Of a stretch of 46,820 nucleotides of DNA, positions 9,706 through 19,545 are shown in pieces. Where the stretch lies: NCBI GenBank assembly GCA_002700865.1, contig PAFB01000123.1, positions 1 to 46,820 on the forward strand, written 5' to 3'. This DNA is from Rhodospirillaceae bacterium (GTDB lineage Bacteria > Pseudomonadota > Alphaproteobacteria > UBA7985). Under the pieces are notes generated by a model. It searched no databases, had not been told where the DNA came from, and saw nothing but the letters and a program-made list of their open reading frames with translations. Position numbers and translations under genes: made by a program. Position 1 is the first letter of the stretch. Each line of letters opens with the position of its first letter.

Positions 9706-10146
9706 TTACAGCTCGGTAATCTGATAAACGATTGGAAAGGGTTCGCCGTCGGTGAACCCTTTGTCGTTTGTGACAAAGGCATCGCATCCCTGATCCAATG
9801 CCGTCGCAAAGTGTAGGGCGTCAGGCAGGTCGAGTTTGAAATCCAGCGCGACCTGCGGGGCGGTCCAAAGCACGCGGGAGCTGACCGGTTGCAACTCGAT
9901 CCCAAAGCGATCACCGTCGAAGAACCGCTCATAGGCCAGTAAAATCGCCTCGTTATCCCGACGAACCGCCCCCATCAGGCACTCGCTCACCACCAATTCG
10001 CTGCTGATCAAATCAACACCGTCCTGCGCCAGCTGGCGCAAAGTACGATGCACGAGCGCGTGATACTCAGCGTTTTTTTCTACCAGATAGATGATAACGT
10101 TAGCGTCGAGATAAACTCGGTTGCTGTGCATGAGGTCGTCAATCAT
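9706..10146 (-). CDS. PIN-domain protein (VapC-like ribonuclease toxin family)
   Basis: N-terminal VYLDANVIIY (first acidic residue), an internal SSELVVSE, DALHFATAL, and C-terminal FVTNDKGF. This is the usual PIN acidic-residue pattern. Confidence 0.75.
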   Translation of the reverse strand: MIDDLMHSNRVYLDANVIIYLVEKNAEYHALVHRTLRQLAQDGVDLISSELVVSECLMGAVRRDNEAILLAYERFFDGDRFGIELQPVSSRVLWTAPQVALDFKLDLPDALHFATALDQGCDAFVTNDKGFTDGEPFPIVYQITEL

Positions 10147-10149
10147 GGC

Positions 10150-11415
10150 TCACACCGCCTGGCGACCCGACGCAAGGGTCACGCCCTGATTTTCGGCCAA
10201 AAAAGCACCCGCCAGATAGAGCGATCCACAGACAAGAATCAGGCCCGGCGGTGCGTCGCGCAGGGTGCGGAGTGCCGCTTGGATCGATGGCGCAGTCGCA
10301 ACCTGTGCGGCGCCCATGGCGCGCGCGGCCTGCGCGGCGGCATCGGCGGTGAGAGTGACAGCGGCGCCGGGAATTTCCACGGCCAGTGCGCGCTCGACGC
10401 GGGGCAGCAGCGGGGCGACAAATCCTTGCGCGTCTTTGGTTTCCAGCAGGCCATAGACCAGATAGACTGGTTGATCCGCAGGCAAACTGTCAGCGATGGC
10501 CATGCCCGCATTGGCGTTGTGCGCGCCATCAACCACCAGCCGATGACGCCCTTCGCCCGCCGCGTGCCAGAGCGCGCCCGCCTCGATGGTTTGCATGCGG
10601 GCGGGCCACTGAGCCTGTCGCATGCCGCGTCCGATGTTGAGCGGATCAATGCCCAGATAGCGCGCGGCGGCAGAGGCCAGCGCTGCGTTGGTCCGCTGAA
10701 AATCACCGGCAAGGCCCAGTTTGGCGTTCTTGGAAACTGGATTAACGGGGAGCGCTTCGGTGCCGCGTTGCCGTGCTTCGTCGAGCAGTACAGCGGTTAC
10801 GGCGTCAACCTGTGGCACGAAGTAGGCGCGCACGCCGGGCTTGAAGATGCCCGCTTTTTCGCGCGCTATGGCCTCAATGGTGTCACCGAGAAAGTGCTGG
10901 TGATCCACATCAATCCGCGAAATCAGGGAGACTTGAACCGCTTCGGCAGGCAGGATGTTGGTGGCATCCAGCCGGCCTCCCAAACCGGTCTCCAACAGGA
11001 CATAATCAGCCTCGTTTTCTGCAAAGGCCAAGAACGCGGCGGCAGTTGTCAGTTCGAAGAACGTGCCAGGCTGATCGCCATTGGCGGCTTCGACGCGCTC
11101 CAACACCGCAAGCAGCGCGGCGTAGCTGATGGTCTCACCCCTCAGTTGGATGCGCTCGGCAAAGCGGACCAAGTGGGGGCTGGTGTAGACGTGGACGGTC
11201 TTGCCAGCGGCTTCGAGCATGGCTTTCAGGAAAGCCAGTGTCGAACCCTTCCCGTTGGTCCCGGCAACGTGGATTGCAGGCGGCATGCGCCGTTCAGGGC
11301 GGCCCAAATCTTCCAGCAGCGCGTCCAGACGGTCGAGCGACAAGTCGATAAGCTTGGGGTGCAAAGCAAGAAAGCGGTCAAGCGCCGCTTTGACGCCTGC
11401 GTCTTCGTGCATCAT
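10150..11415 (-). CDS. folC: Bifunctional folylpolyglutamate synthase / dihydrofolate synthase
   Basis: Mur-ligase P-loop HVAGTNGKGST and about 420 aa. The ATGA overlap with the accD stop matches the conserved accD-folC pairing. Confidence 0.9.
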   Translation of the reverse strand: MMHEDAGVKAALDRFLALHPKLIDLSLDRLDALLEDLGRPERRMPPAIHVAGTNGKGSTLAFLKAMLEAAGKTVHVYTSPHLVRFAERIQLRGETISYAALLAVLERVEAANGDQPGTFFELTTAAAFLAFAENEADYVLLETGLGGRLDATNILPAEAVQVSLISRIDVDHQHFLGDTIEAIAREKAGIFKPGVRAYFVPQVDAVTAVLLDEARQRGTEALPVNPVSKNAKLGLAGDFQRTNAALASAAARYLGIDPLNIGRGMRQAQWPARMQTIEAGALWHAAGEGRHRLVVDGAHNANAGMAIADSLPADQPVYLVYGLLETKDAQGFVAPLLPRVERALAVEIPGAAVTLTADAAAQAARAMGAAQVATAPSIQAALRTLRDAPPGLILVCGSLYLAGAFLAENQGVTLASGRQAV

Positions 11416-12353
11416 GCCTGATCGAAGCTCGCAATCGGTTCGTCTTCAGTCATGGCGGGGTGATTATTTTCCGCGCTTGGCTCACTCGCCTCCGCGCGGC
11501 CCGGAACACCACGCAACAGCCCGAACAGCATGATCAACCGTCCACGCAACTCCAACCGGTCAACGACTTGATCAACCATGCCGTGCTCTTGCAGGTATTC
11601 GGCAGTCTGGAAGTCATCGGGCAGCTGCTCGCGGATGGTTTCCTCGATCACCCGACGGCCTGCAAAGCCAATAACGGCATTCGGTTCTGACAGGGTAATG
11701 TCGCCCAGCATGGCAAAGCTTGCCGTGACGCCGCCTGTGGTCGGGTTGGTGAGCAGGACGATGTAGGGCAGGCGGGCATCGCGCATGCGCTCTACAGCGA
11801 TAATGGAGCGCGGCATTTGCATCAGGCTCAGTATGCCTTCCTGCATCCGTGCACCACCGCTGGCGGGGATCACCAGAAGGGACGCGTTGTGCTTCACGGC
11901 TTCTTCGGCGGCAAGGATCAGCCCCTCACCCACCGCGCGCCCCATGGACCCGCCCATGAAAGCAAAGTTAAAGGCCGCAATAATTACGGGACTGTCGCCC
12001 ATCGTGCCTTTGGCGACCACGACAGCGTCTTTTTCTTCCGTCTTGGACTGATACTCGCGCAGTCGGGCGATGTAAGGCTTCTTGTCTTTGAACTTGAGCG
12101 GATCAGCCGGCATTTCCGGCTGGTCCAGTCGCAGGTACTCGCCGTCGTCAAACAGGCTTTCCAACCGCGCGGTCACACTCATGCGATGATGGTGCCCGCA
12201 GTGGGTGCACACCTGCAGATTTTCTTCCAACGCCTTGTGGAACAGCATCTGGTCGCAAGATTGGCACTTCGTCCAGAGATTGTCCGGCGTTTCTTTTCGG
12301 TTGCCCACCAAGCGCTGAATGCCGGGACGGACGTGACGGGATAGCCAGTTCAT
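11412..12353 (-). CDS. accD: Acetyl-CoA carboxylase carboxyltransferase beta subunit
   Basis: N-terminal Zn ribbon CQSCDQ..CTHCGHH followed by the carboxyltransferase domain (GGSMG, SGGARMQEG). Confidence 0.95.
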   Translation of the reverse strand: MNWLSRHVRPGIQRLVGNRKETPDNLWTKCQSCDQMLFHKALEENLQVCTHCGHHHRMSVTARLESLFDDGEYLRLDQPEMPADPLKFKDKKPYIARLREYQSKTEEKDAVVVAKGTMGDSPVIIAAFNFAFMGGSMGRAVGEGLILAAEEAVKHNASLLVIPASGGARMQEGILSLMQMPRSIIAVERMRDARLPYIVLLTNPTTGGVTASFAMLGDITLSEPNAVIGFAGRRVIEETIREQLPDDFQTAEYLQEHGMVDQVVDRLELRGRLIMLFGLLRGVPGRAEASEPSAENNHPAMTEDEPIASFDQA

Positions 12354-12369
12354 AAAACCTCAGATGGGG

Positions 12370-13185
12370 TTAGCGTACACCTTGTGAAAGGGTCTTGGTG
12401 AAGTCTAGCACAGCTTTGACCAACTCTGGCTTCGGACGGCCTTCGTCGTCGAGGTTGTTCTCGATCTGCCGCACGATGGCCGACCCCACCACTGAGGCGT
12501 CAGCCACGGACCCGATGTCGCGGACCTGTTCGGTCGTGTTGATACCAAAACCCACGGCGATTGGCAGGTCAGTAAACCGCTTGAGCCGGGCAACGGCGTC
12601 CTCAACCGCTTTTTGGTTCGCCGAAGCCGCACCCGTAATGCCCGTGATGGAAACGTAGTAGACAAAGCCGGAAGTGTTGTTGAGCACCGTCGGCAACCGG
12701 GCTTCGTCGGTTGTCGGTGTGGCAAGTCGGATGAAGTTCATGCCGGCTTCGTTCGCGGGAATGCACAACTCGTCGTCTTCTTCGGGTGGCAAATCAACGA
12801 CAATCAGCCCATCGACCCCCGCGGCCTTGGCGGCAGCGAGGAATCGGTCAACGCCGTAGATGTAGATGGGGTTGTAGTAGCCCATGAGGATCAGCGGCGT
12901 GTCCGGGTCGTCTTTGCGGAACGCCTGCACCATCTCCAGCGTTTTGGGCAGCGTCTGTCCACCCTTGAGCGCGCGCTGCGCCGCAAGCTGGATGGCAACG
13001 CCGTCGGCCATGGGGTCGGTGAAACACATGCCAAGCTCGATGATATCAGCGCCCGCCGCGGGCAAGCCTTTGAGGATGGCGAGGCTGGTGTCCATATCCG
13101 GGTCGCCGGACATGATGTAAGACACAAAACCCGCGCGACCTTCGGCCTTCAGCTGAGCGAACTTGTTGTCAATCCGAGTGGTCAT
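12370..13185 (-). CDS. trpA: Tryptophan synthase alpha chain
   Basis: [19 protein letters not shown] and a GFGI-type motif. Overlaps the trpB stop by 4 nt. Confidence 0.95.
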   Translation of the reverse strand: MTTRIDNKFAQLKAEGRAGFVSYIMSGDPDMDTSLAILKGLPAAGADIIELGMCFTDPMADGVAIQLAAQRALKGGQTLPKTLEMVQAFRKDDPDTPLILMGYYNPIYIYGVDRFLAAAKAAGVDGLIVVDLPPEEDDELCIPANEAGMNFIRLATPTTDEARLPTVLNNTSGFVYYVSITGITGAASANQKAVEDAVARLKRFTDLPIAVGFGINTTEQVRDIGSVADASVVGSAIVRQIENNLDDEGRPKPELVKAVLDFTKTLSQGVR

Positions 13186-14420
13186 TGAGTGGTTTCTCCC
13201 ATGACGTCGGCCATGTCGAAACCGAGGTGTTTTGCAACGGTGAAAATGTCCTTATCGCCCCGACCACACATGTTCATAATCATGATGTGGTCTTTAGGCA
13301 GTTCTGGAGCGATTTTGGCGACGTGGGCGAGGGCGTGCGAAGGTTCAAGGGCCGGGATGATTCCTTCGGTGCGGCAGCACAATTGGAAGGCTTCCAGCGC
13401 CTCGTCATCCTTGGCGTAGACGTATTCAACCCGTCCGATATCGCGTAGCCAAGAGTGTTCCGGACCAATACCGGGATAGTCCAGACCGGCTGAAATCGAG
13501 TGTCCTTCGATAATCTGCCCGTCCTCGTCCTGCAGCAGATAGGTCCGGTTGCCGTGCAGCACGCCAGGTTGTCCGCCGGTCAGCGAAGCGGCATGGTCTT
13601 CGCCTTCCAGCCCCAATCCACCAGCCTCGACACCAATGATGCGCACGTCGGTATCATCGAGGAAAGGGTGAAACAGTCCCAGCGCGTTGGAACCACCGCC
13701 GATGCAGGCGACCAGCGAGTCTGGCAAGCGGCCTTCGCGCTCAAGCATCTGCTGCTTGGCTTCGGTGCCGATAACTGATTGAAAATCGCGAACCATCGCG
13801 GGGTAAGGGTGCGGGCCGGCGGCCGTGCCGATGATGTAGAAGGTATCCTCGACGTTCGTCACCCAATCGCGCAGCGCTTCGTTCATTGCGTCCTTGAGCG
13901 TGCCGGAACCGGAAGTTACCGGAACGATCTCAGCGCCCAGAAGCCGCATGCGGAAGACGTTCGGGGCCTGACGCTCAACATCAGTCGCGCCCATGTAGAC
14001 CGTACAGGGTAAGCCGAACAGCGCGCAGACAGTCGCCGTCGCGACCCCGTGCTGACCGGCGCCAGTCTCTGCGATAATCCGGGTTTTGCCCATGCGTCTG
14101 GCCAGCAGGATCTGGCCCAGGCAGTTGTTAATTTTGTGCGCGCCGGTGTGGTTCAACTCATCCCGTTTGAAGTAAATCTTCGCGCCACCGAGTTCCTTAG
14201 TGAGACGCTCAGCCAAGTACAGGGGGCTGGGACGGCCAACGTAGTCTTTCGCCAGCATGTTGAACTCTTCCCAGAACGCAGGGTCCGGCTTTGCAGCACC
14301 CCATTCACGTTCAAGATCGAGGATCAGAGGCATCAGGGTTTCGGCGACGAAGCGTCCGCCAAAAATACCGAACAAGCCGCGCTCGTCCGGTCCGGTCTTG
14401 AAAGAGTTTGGCGTCGACAT
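13182..14420 (-). CDS. trpB: Tryptophan synthase beta chain
   Basis: FGx[25 protein letters not shown] and GGGSNA motifs. Confidence 0.95.
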   Translation of the reverse strand: MSTPNSFKTGPDERGLFGIFGGRFVAETLMPLILDLEREWGAAKPDPAFWEEFNMLAKDYVGRPSPLYLAERLTKELGGAKIYFKRDELNHTGAHKINNCLGQILLARRMGKTRIIAETGAGQHGVATATVCALFGLPCTVYMGATDVERQAPNVFRMRLLGAEIVPVTSGSGTLKDAMNEALRDWVTNVEDTFYIIGTAAGPHPYPAMVRDFQSVIGTEAKQQMLEREGRLPDSLVACIGGGSNALGLFHPFLDDTDVRIIGVEAGGLGLEGEDHAASLTGGQPGVLHGNRTYLLQDEDGQIIEGHSISAGLDYPGIGPEHSWLRDIGRVEYVYAKDDEALEAFQLCCRTEGIIPALEPSHALAHVAKIAPELPKDHIMIMNMCGRGDKDIFTVAKHLGFDMADVMGETTQ

Positions 14421-14466
14421 GGTTTTCCTGTTTCGTATTCAGAATCGGGCAGAGACTAGCAGCGTT

Positions 14467-15924
14467 TTACGCGCGAGCAACTGCGGCTAAGAAGGCTCTG
14501 ATCTTCGCAGCGTCCTTAGTGCCGCGTTCACCGTCTTTTTCGACGCCTGAAGAGACATCGACGTAGGTGGGTTGGGTCACAGCGATGGCCTCCGCGACGT
14601 TTTCGGGCGTTAAGCCGCCAGCGAGCATCCACGGCGTATTGCCGATTTTCGCCTTTGCCAGCACGCGATGGTCAAAGCCAAGAGCATTGCCGCCAGGCAA
14701 TTCCGCGTCCTTAGGCGGCTTGGCATCGAAAAGCAGGCCGTCCGCTGCTTTGCGGATGTCCGCTACGGCGGCGAGGTCGCTTTCTTCGGCAACGGAGACA
14801 ACGGCGATGACGGGCAAGCCTGTATGGGCGCGGATCGCCGCAAAGCGCTCTGCGCCTTCGTGGGCGTGGACTTGCAGCATATCGAGATCGACGGTGGCCA
14901 GCAGGGTGTCAAGAAAAGCGTCTGTTGGTTCCACCACCAGCCCGACGCGGCTGATCCGCCCTTTGGCCTGCTCGCACAGAGCGGCGGCGGTTTCCGGGCT
15001 GACGTTGCGGGGGGACTTTTCGAAGAACACAAAACCCACGTGGGTTGCGCCATTGCTGATGACCGCTTCGAGCATCTCCGGGGTCTTGATGCCGCAGATT
15101 TTGGCGTAGCAGCGCGCGGGCAGCTCAACACCATCGCTCAGAATACGGTCTGCGATCAGCCAAGTGACGCTCAGAAACACAACCAGCGCCACGCCGGAAC
15201 TGAGCACAGCATGGTAAGCGCCCAAAGTGGTAAACAGCGGCAGGTTGAACACCCAGGCTGAAAGGCCCGCGCTTAACACCAGCAAGCCAGCGGTCCAAAG
15301 CGCCCGCAAGCCGCCGCTGGCGCGCCAGGCGTGAAAGGTGAAGGCCTTGCGGGGTCGGCGATGCCTGAGCGGGACGACCGCCCAGGCTCGAACGAAAAAG
15401 TAGGCGACCAAAACGCCGCTGATGGCGATGACGCCGAGCAAGGCGTTACGGTTCACGGCCTGCCGATCCAGCGCAGGGGACGCTTCAGCTTCGACCCCAA
15501 TGGCGGCAAGTTCCCGCGGGTCGTTGCTGCCGTATTGGATAAAGTCTCCCACGGCGCTGCCCAAACTGCCCCAGAGCGTCGCGCTGTCGCCGTAAGTCAG
15601 CAGCGAGCCGACCATGGTCAGGCCAATCCATCCGAAGATGGTTGCAAAGATAATGCAGAACCCTAGCACCGCAGAACGCAGGGCAGCGGCGGACCAGAAG
15701 GGGGCCGGGACATCTCGACCACCGCCCAGCTGCTTCCGGCGCTGCGCCATCAGGCCGGTCATCTCCCATGCTGCCGCATGATACAGCAAGGTGACAACAC
15801 ACAGCCCGTAAATCGCGTTTTTCAGGTCGAGCAGGCCTGTTTGAGCCCCGAGGTACACGGCAGCAGGTGCCACGGCTGCGAGGCCGAAGATCAGGACTTG
15901 GGATGCGGTGCGTAGAGCCGTCAT
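14467..15924 (-). CDS. trpF: Fusion ORF: ~270-aa polytopic membrane domain (N-terminal) plus complete phosphoribosylanthranilate isomerase TrpF (C-terminal ~211 aa)
   Basis: The C-terminal part carries TrpF motifs: KICGIK, HVGFVFF..SPR, LPGGNALGFD, LAGGL, VDVSSGVE. The preceding ~270 aa has several long hydrophobic helices and lies in the same frame with no stop. No ATG/GTG/TTG lies in frame just upstream of KICG. Confidence 0.8.
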   Translation of the reverse strand: MTALRTASQVLIFGLAAVAPAAVYLGAQTGLLDLKNAIYGLCVVTLLYHAAAWEMTGLMAQRRKQLGGGRDVPAPFWSAAALRSAVLGFCIIFATIFGWIGLTMVGSLLTYGDSATLWGSLGSAVGDFIQYGSNDPRELAAIGVEAEASPALDRQAVNRNALLGVIAISGVLVAYFFVRAWAVVPLRHRRPRKAFTFHAWRASGGLRALWTAGLLVLSAGLSAWVFNLPLFTTLGAYHAVLSSGVALVVFLSVTWLIADRILSDGVELPARCYAKICGIKTPEMLEAVISNGATHVGFVFFEKSPRNVSPETAAALCEQAKGRISRVGLVVEPTDAFLDTLLATVDLDMLQVHAHEGAERFAAIRAHTGLPVIAVVSVAEESDLAAVADIRKAADGLLFDAKPPKDAELPGGNALGFDHRVLAKAKIGNTPWMLAGGLTPENVAEAIAVTQPTYVDVSSGVEKDGERGTKDAAKIRAFLAAVARA

Positions 15925-15952
15925 GACGCTTGCTAACTTGCCTCCCCTTCCC

Positions 15953-16774
15953 CTACACCCGCCGCGCGCCCGGCGCCCAGCCAGTACGGTTCACGAAGCA
16001 GACCAGATTAACGATGGTAAAAACAGCAACCCGCAGCAGAAACAGAGCCTGCGTCAGCAGCAAAACACCGAAGTAGCTCGGGCCGAAGACCGGGTAAGAC
16101 GCCGCGCCAGCCTGCAGCGCCAGTTGCGCCACCACCAGGGGCAGTGCAAACACCAGATTGAGACCGAGCAGCAAAAGCGTAACGCCACCGGTCGCCCGCG
16201 TGCTGTCGCCAAACGTGTAGGGCGCGCCAACCGCAGCCGCAGCGATGACAAAGCTGAAACGGACATACAGAAACAGATGGAGCAATGCTGGAATGGCAAT
16301 CATGAAGGGTGCCAGTTGCGCGTTGGGTAAGTTATCGCGGAACAACAGATAAGCGACAAAACCGCCACCAATCAGCAGCGCACCAACAAGGTAAAAGACC
16401 ATCAACCGCAAAATCACGGCACGGTAAGAGTCCCGCCACTCTTCATTCATCAGCACCTTGCCTGAACGTGATCCCACACCCAGCAGGCGCGCTACGTGCG
16501 TGGTGTAGTAGGCTCCGATGAACACTTCGAGGATGATCAGGTTGATCACGTCGATGATAATCGCATCGGCGCTGGCAACCAGATTTCTGGAACCTCGAAA
16601 GTCGAGCACAAGGGCTGTGATAAAATCGATGAGCACCGCGAGGATAAACGGGATCAGCGCAATGCCGAGCAAGCGTTGCCATTGACCGAGCAAACCATCG
16701 ACAATGATCTGACGCACAACCCGGCCCGCCGACAAAGGCGGGAACTGTCCCATCAGGCGGATCGGCTTAACCAT
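15953..16774 (-). CDS. Polytopic membrane protein of unknown function
   Basis: About 6 hydrophobic helices. I place the start at ATG 16774 (MVKPIRLMGQF..), which overlaps the pyrF stop by 8 nt. The track's longer ORF to 17071 runs antisense-frame through pyrF and is Arg/Pro/Ser-rich junk. Confidence 0.6.
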   Translation of the reverse strand: MVKPIRLMGQFPPLSAGRVVRQIIVDGLLGQWQRLLGIALIPFILAVLIDFITALVLDFRGSRNLVASADAIIIDVINLIILEVFIGAYYTTHVARLLGVGSRSGKVLMNEEWRDSYRAVILRLMVFYLVGALLIGGGFVAYLLFRDNLPNAQLAPFMIAIPALLHLFLYVRFSFVIAAAAVGAPYTFGDSTRATGGVTLLLLGLNLVFALPLVVAQLALQAGAASYPVFGPSYFGVLLLTQALFLLRVAVFTIVNLVCFVNRTGWAPGARRV

Positions 16775-17492
16775 GGGCCAACTCGTCCAGAATGGTTTGC
16801 GTGGAAGCGCGGGGGTCTGAGGCGCGGGTGATGGGTCGGCCGATGACCAGCGATGTCGCGCCAGAGCGCTTGGCCTGCGCCGGTGTCGCAACACGGTTTT
16901 GGTCGTCTGCCTTGGCACCGGCAGGGCGGACCCCCGGGGTGATAAACGTGCCCTCGGGCAAAGCCGCATGCAGGCTTTTGACCTCCAGCGGAGAGCAGAT
17001 AAAGCCAGTGATGCCACTGTTGCGCGCCAGGGTGAAAAGCCGCTGAACCCGCTGTGCCGGGTTGGCGTCAAGCACCCCCAAACCGGTTAAGTCGTGTTCA
17101 TTCATGCTGGTCAGCACAGTGACCGCCAGAAACTGAAAATCGTCTCGCTCCAAGGCTGGCAAACCGGCGAGCATCGCCTCGCCACCTGCTGCATGAACTG
17201 TCGTCACCCGCACGCCCATGTCGGCAATGCGCGCGGCTGCGGACTGAACCGTATTGGGGATGTCGTGGAGCTTCAGGTCGAGAAAGATCGGATGGTCTTT
17301 GGCGAGCTTGCGCACCAGCGCGGCGCCAGACTGGTAGAACAGCTCCATCCCGACTTTGTAGCCGACGTTCAGACCCGCTAAGTCCCCCATCAGCGGCGCA
17401 ACGTCCGGCTCACCCATATCCAGCGCGACAAACAAGGGCGGGAGGGTTGACTGGCTTCGGTCGTTTTGCTGCTGCGGCTGCTGCGTTGGCAT
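16767..17492 (-). CDS. pyrF: Orotidine 5'-phosphate decarboxylase
   Basis: LFVALD, FLDLKLHDIPNTV and a C-terminal GRPI motif. Confidence 0.9.
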   Translation of the reverse strand: MPTQQPQQQNDRSQSTLPPLFVALDMGEPDVAPLMGDLAGLNVGYKVGMELFYQSGAALVRKLAKDHPIFLDLKLHDIPNTVQSAAARIADMGVRVTTVHAAGGEAMLAGLPALERDDFQFLAVTVLTSMNEHDLTGLGVLDANPAQRVQRLFTLARNSGITGFICSPLEVKSLHAALPEGTFITPGVRPAGAKADDQNRVATPAQAKRSGATSLVIGRPITRASDPRASTQTILDELAHG

Positions 17493-17811
17493 AAATTCGG
17501 GCGGATCCTGAAAGGAACTTCGGACGGGGCTGGATACGATACCAAGGGCTTAACCTGTCTGCCCCCTGCCTGCCTAGGCTGGAATTCGCTCATCTCCTTT
17601 GCCAAAGGTCGCATTCAGGGGAGCGCACCCCCTGACAAAACGGCCTTTGCTTGTTGGCAGTCCCAGTGACACATTTCTCGTATGCGGCAATGTGATCAAC
17701 CTGAAGCATTGAATCTGCTTCCTAAGGGATAAGATTTCGTCCAGTGTCGCGTTCGTCCCAAGATGTTTGTCTGATCGGGTCATTTGAGTCAGTTGTGGAG
17801 TAACCGCCGCC

Positions 17812-19074
17812 ATGTCGAGCAGCCAGAACAGTATTTCAGCACGCGTGGCGATGATTATCATTGCCGGTTGCTTGATGGCGCTGATTTCGATGGGTGTGCG
17901 ATCATCTTTTGGTCTTTTTGTGGCCGGCGCACCTGATGCTTTAGGGGTCAGCGCCGGTGATTTTGGTCTGGCCTTGGGATGTCAAAACCTCATGTGGGGC
18001 GTTTTGGGTGCCTACGCGGCGACCCTTGTTGACCGATTTGGCCCCATGTGGGTGTTGATCGCGGGCTCTCTGATGTACGGCTTTGGCATCGTCGGAATGC
18101 TGCTGCTGCCCGGCACGATGTGGACTTACGTTCTGATGGGAGGGGTTGCCGGTGGCGGTGTTGCTGCGACAGCCTTTACCATCGTAGCGATCAGCTTCAG
18201 TAAACTGGTATCGCCGGAGCAGCGTTCATGGGCGCTTGGGCTAGGGACTGCTGCGGCGTCGTTTGGCCAGTTTGCTATCGGGTTGCCGACGGGAATTCTG
18301 CTGCAAAAAATCGGCTGGGAAGGCACTTTGTACGTGCTGGCCGGGGTCACCTTTTTGATCATTCCGCTATCGTTCTTTTTTGTCGGCGTCAAAGGCACGG
18401 CTGCAGAATCAAGTGTCAACGCGTCCTCGGGTACCTCTGCTGAGGTCTGGGCTGAAATCAAGCTTGCCTTCCAGCATCGCGGCTACGTGCTGCTGTTCTT
18501 TGGCTTCTTTGTCTGCGGGTTCCACATCTCGTTCATCTACATCTACCTCCCTAAGTTCCTGATTGATCAGGGCGTTCAGCCGCAATGGCTGAACGGCTTT
18601 GGCGGCATTGGGGCGGTATCGCTGGCTCTGGTTGGCCTGTTCAACATCGTCGGCGCTTACGTGTCAGGCCTCTATGGAAAGGCCGGGGTAAAGCGCTATG
18701 GGCTCGCTTTCATTTACGCGGCGCGCGGCGTGGTCATGGCGCTCTATATTCTGCTGCCGATCACAACGGCGAGCACCCTCGTTTTTGCGGCCGTCATGGG
18801 CATGCTGTGGCTGTCAACAGTGCCCCTGACCCAAGGCATCGTTGCTCAGATTTTCGGCATTCGGTACATGACGACGCTCTACGGGATTGTCTTTATTTCC
18901 CACCAGATCGGGGGCTTTACCGCGACCTTCCTGGCGCGCTGGATTGAGAATTTGACCGGTGAATTGACGTGGATGTGGTTCGCAGCAACGGCTATTGGAT
19001 TTATTGCGGCGGTTGTGCATTGGCCGATTGATGAGAAACCGGTTGAGCGCCCGCCCCAGCCTGCCACCACCTGA
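17812..19074 (+). CDS. MFS transporter
   Basis: 420 aa with about 12 hydrophobic segments in a 6+6 arrangement around a central loop. An MFS-like LVDRFGP motif follows TM2. Confidence 0.8.
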   Translation: MSSSQNSISARVAMIIIAGCLMALISMGVRSSFGLFVAGAPDALGVSAGDFGLALGCQNLMWGVLGAYAATLVDRFGPMWVLIAGSLMYGFGIVGMLLLPGTMWTYVLMGGVAGGGVAATAFTIVAISFSKLVSPEQRSWALGLGTAAASFGQFAIGLPTGILLQKIGWEGTLYVLAGVTFLIIPLSFFFVGVKGTAAESSVNASSGTSAEVWAEIKLAFQHRGYVLLFFGFFVCGFHISFIYIYLPKFLIDQGVQPQWLNGFGGIGAVSLALVGLFNIVGAYVSGLYGKAGVKRYGLAFIYAARGVVMALYILLPITTASTLVFAAVMGMLWLSTVPLTQGIVAQIFGIRYMTTLYGIVFISHQIGGFTATFLARWIENLTGELTWMWFAATAIGFIAAVVHWPIDEKPVERPPQPATT

Positions 19075-19104
19075 TCCTGCCAACTGGTCCCGGTCCCGCC
19101 TCTG

Positions 19105-19524
19105 ATGTCTGACACATCATCACCATCGCAACCTTCCCCTTCGTCTCTGTCGCAACACGCGCTGGCATTCTGGGCGCTGACGGTTGGGACTTTGGTGGTT
19201 GTGATGCTGGTGGTCGTTATGGCGGTGGTGACGCGGCTGCCCGGCAGCTACAGCGGCACCGTTCTCGCCGTCTTCCCGCCGCGCACGCCGGCGGATCAAG
19301 TGTTCGCCGCTATCGATGAAACAGACGCTCGCATCATTCGAGCGACCTTGTTCAGCAATGCCTGGATTGTTGAAGAGCAATCACCTGGTTTTGTGGCTCG
19401 ACTTCGGGAAGCAGGGGCCTTAGCCGCGTGGAAACCCATTTCGGGGGTTTCTTTTGCCGTTGGCGGCTGCACCTTTGGCGCCATTTTGGCCAATGACCCC
19501 GCCTTTGATGCCGGTCCATCTTGA
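19105..19524 (+). CDS. Hypothetical membrane-anchored protein
   Basis: Ser/Pro-rich N-terminus, one strong TM helix (FWALTVGTLVVVMLVVVMAVV), then an ~85-aa soluble domain. I recognise no family. Same strand as, and 30 nt after, the MFS gene. Confidence 0.45.
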   Translation: MSDTSSPSQPSPSSLSQHALAFWALTVGTLVVVMLVVVMAVVTRLPGSYSGTVLAVFPPRTPADQVFAAIDETDARIIRATLFSNAWIVEEQSPGFVARLREAGALAAWKPISGVSFAVGGCTFGAILANDPAFDAGPS

Positions 19525-19545
19525 CGCCTTTATCTCAGACGCGCT

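Noticed and set aside
10048-11421. 457-aa plus-strand ORF
   Set aside because: It lies entirely antisense to folC, which has clear Mur-ligase motifs. Its translation is Arg/Gly/Ala-rich with no recognisable motif, as expected for a GC-rich shadow ORF.
16775-17071. N-terminal extension of the membrane-protein ORF
   Set aside because: It runs through pyrF in another frame and is Arg/Pro/Ser-rich. ATG 16774 gives a sensible start that overlaps the pyrF stop.
17493-17811. Possible riboswitch or sRNA in the 320-nt pyrF/MFS divergent intergenic region, including the hairpin CAGGGG-AGCGCA-CCCCTG followed by ACAAAACGG (superficially guanidine-III-like)
   Set aside because: I could not build the required pseudoknot (no downstream complement to the loop). 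I found no match by eye to the ZTP, glycine, fluoride, SAM-II or guanidine consensus sequences. A covariance-model scan (Rfam/Infernal) would settle it.
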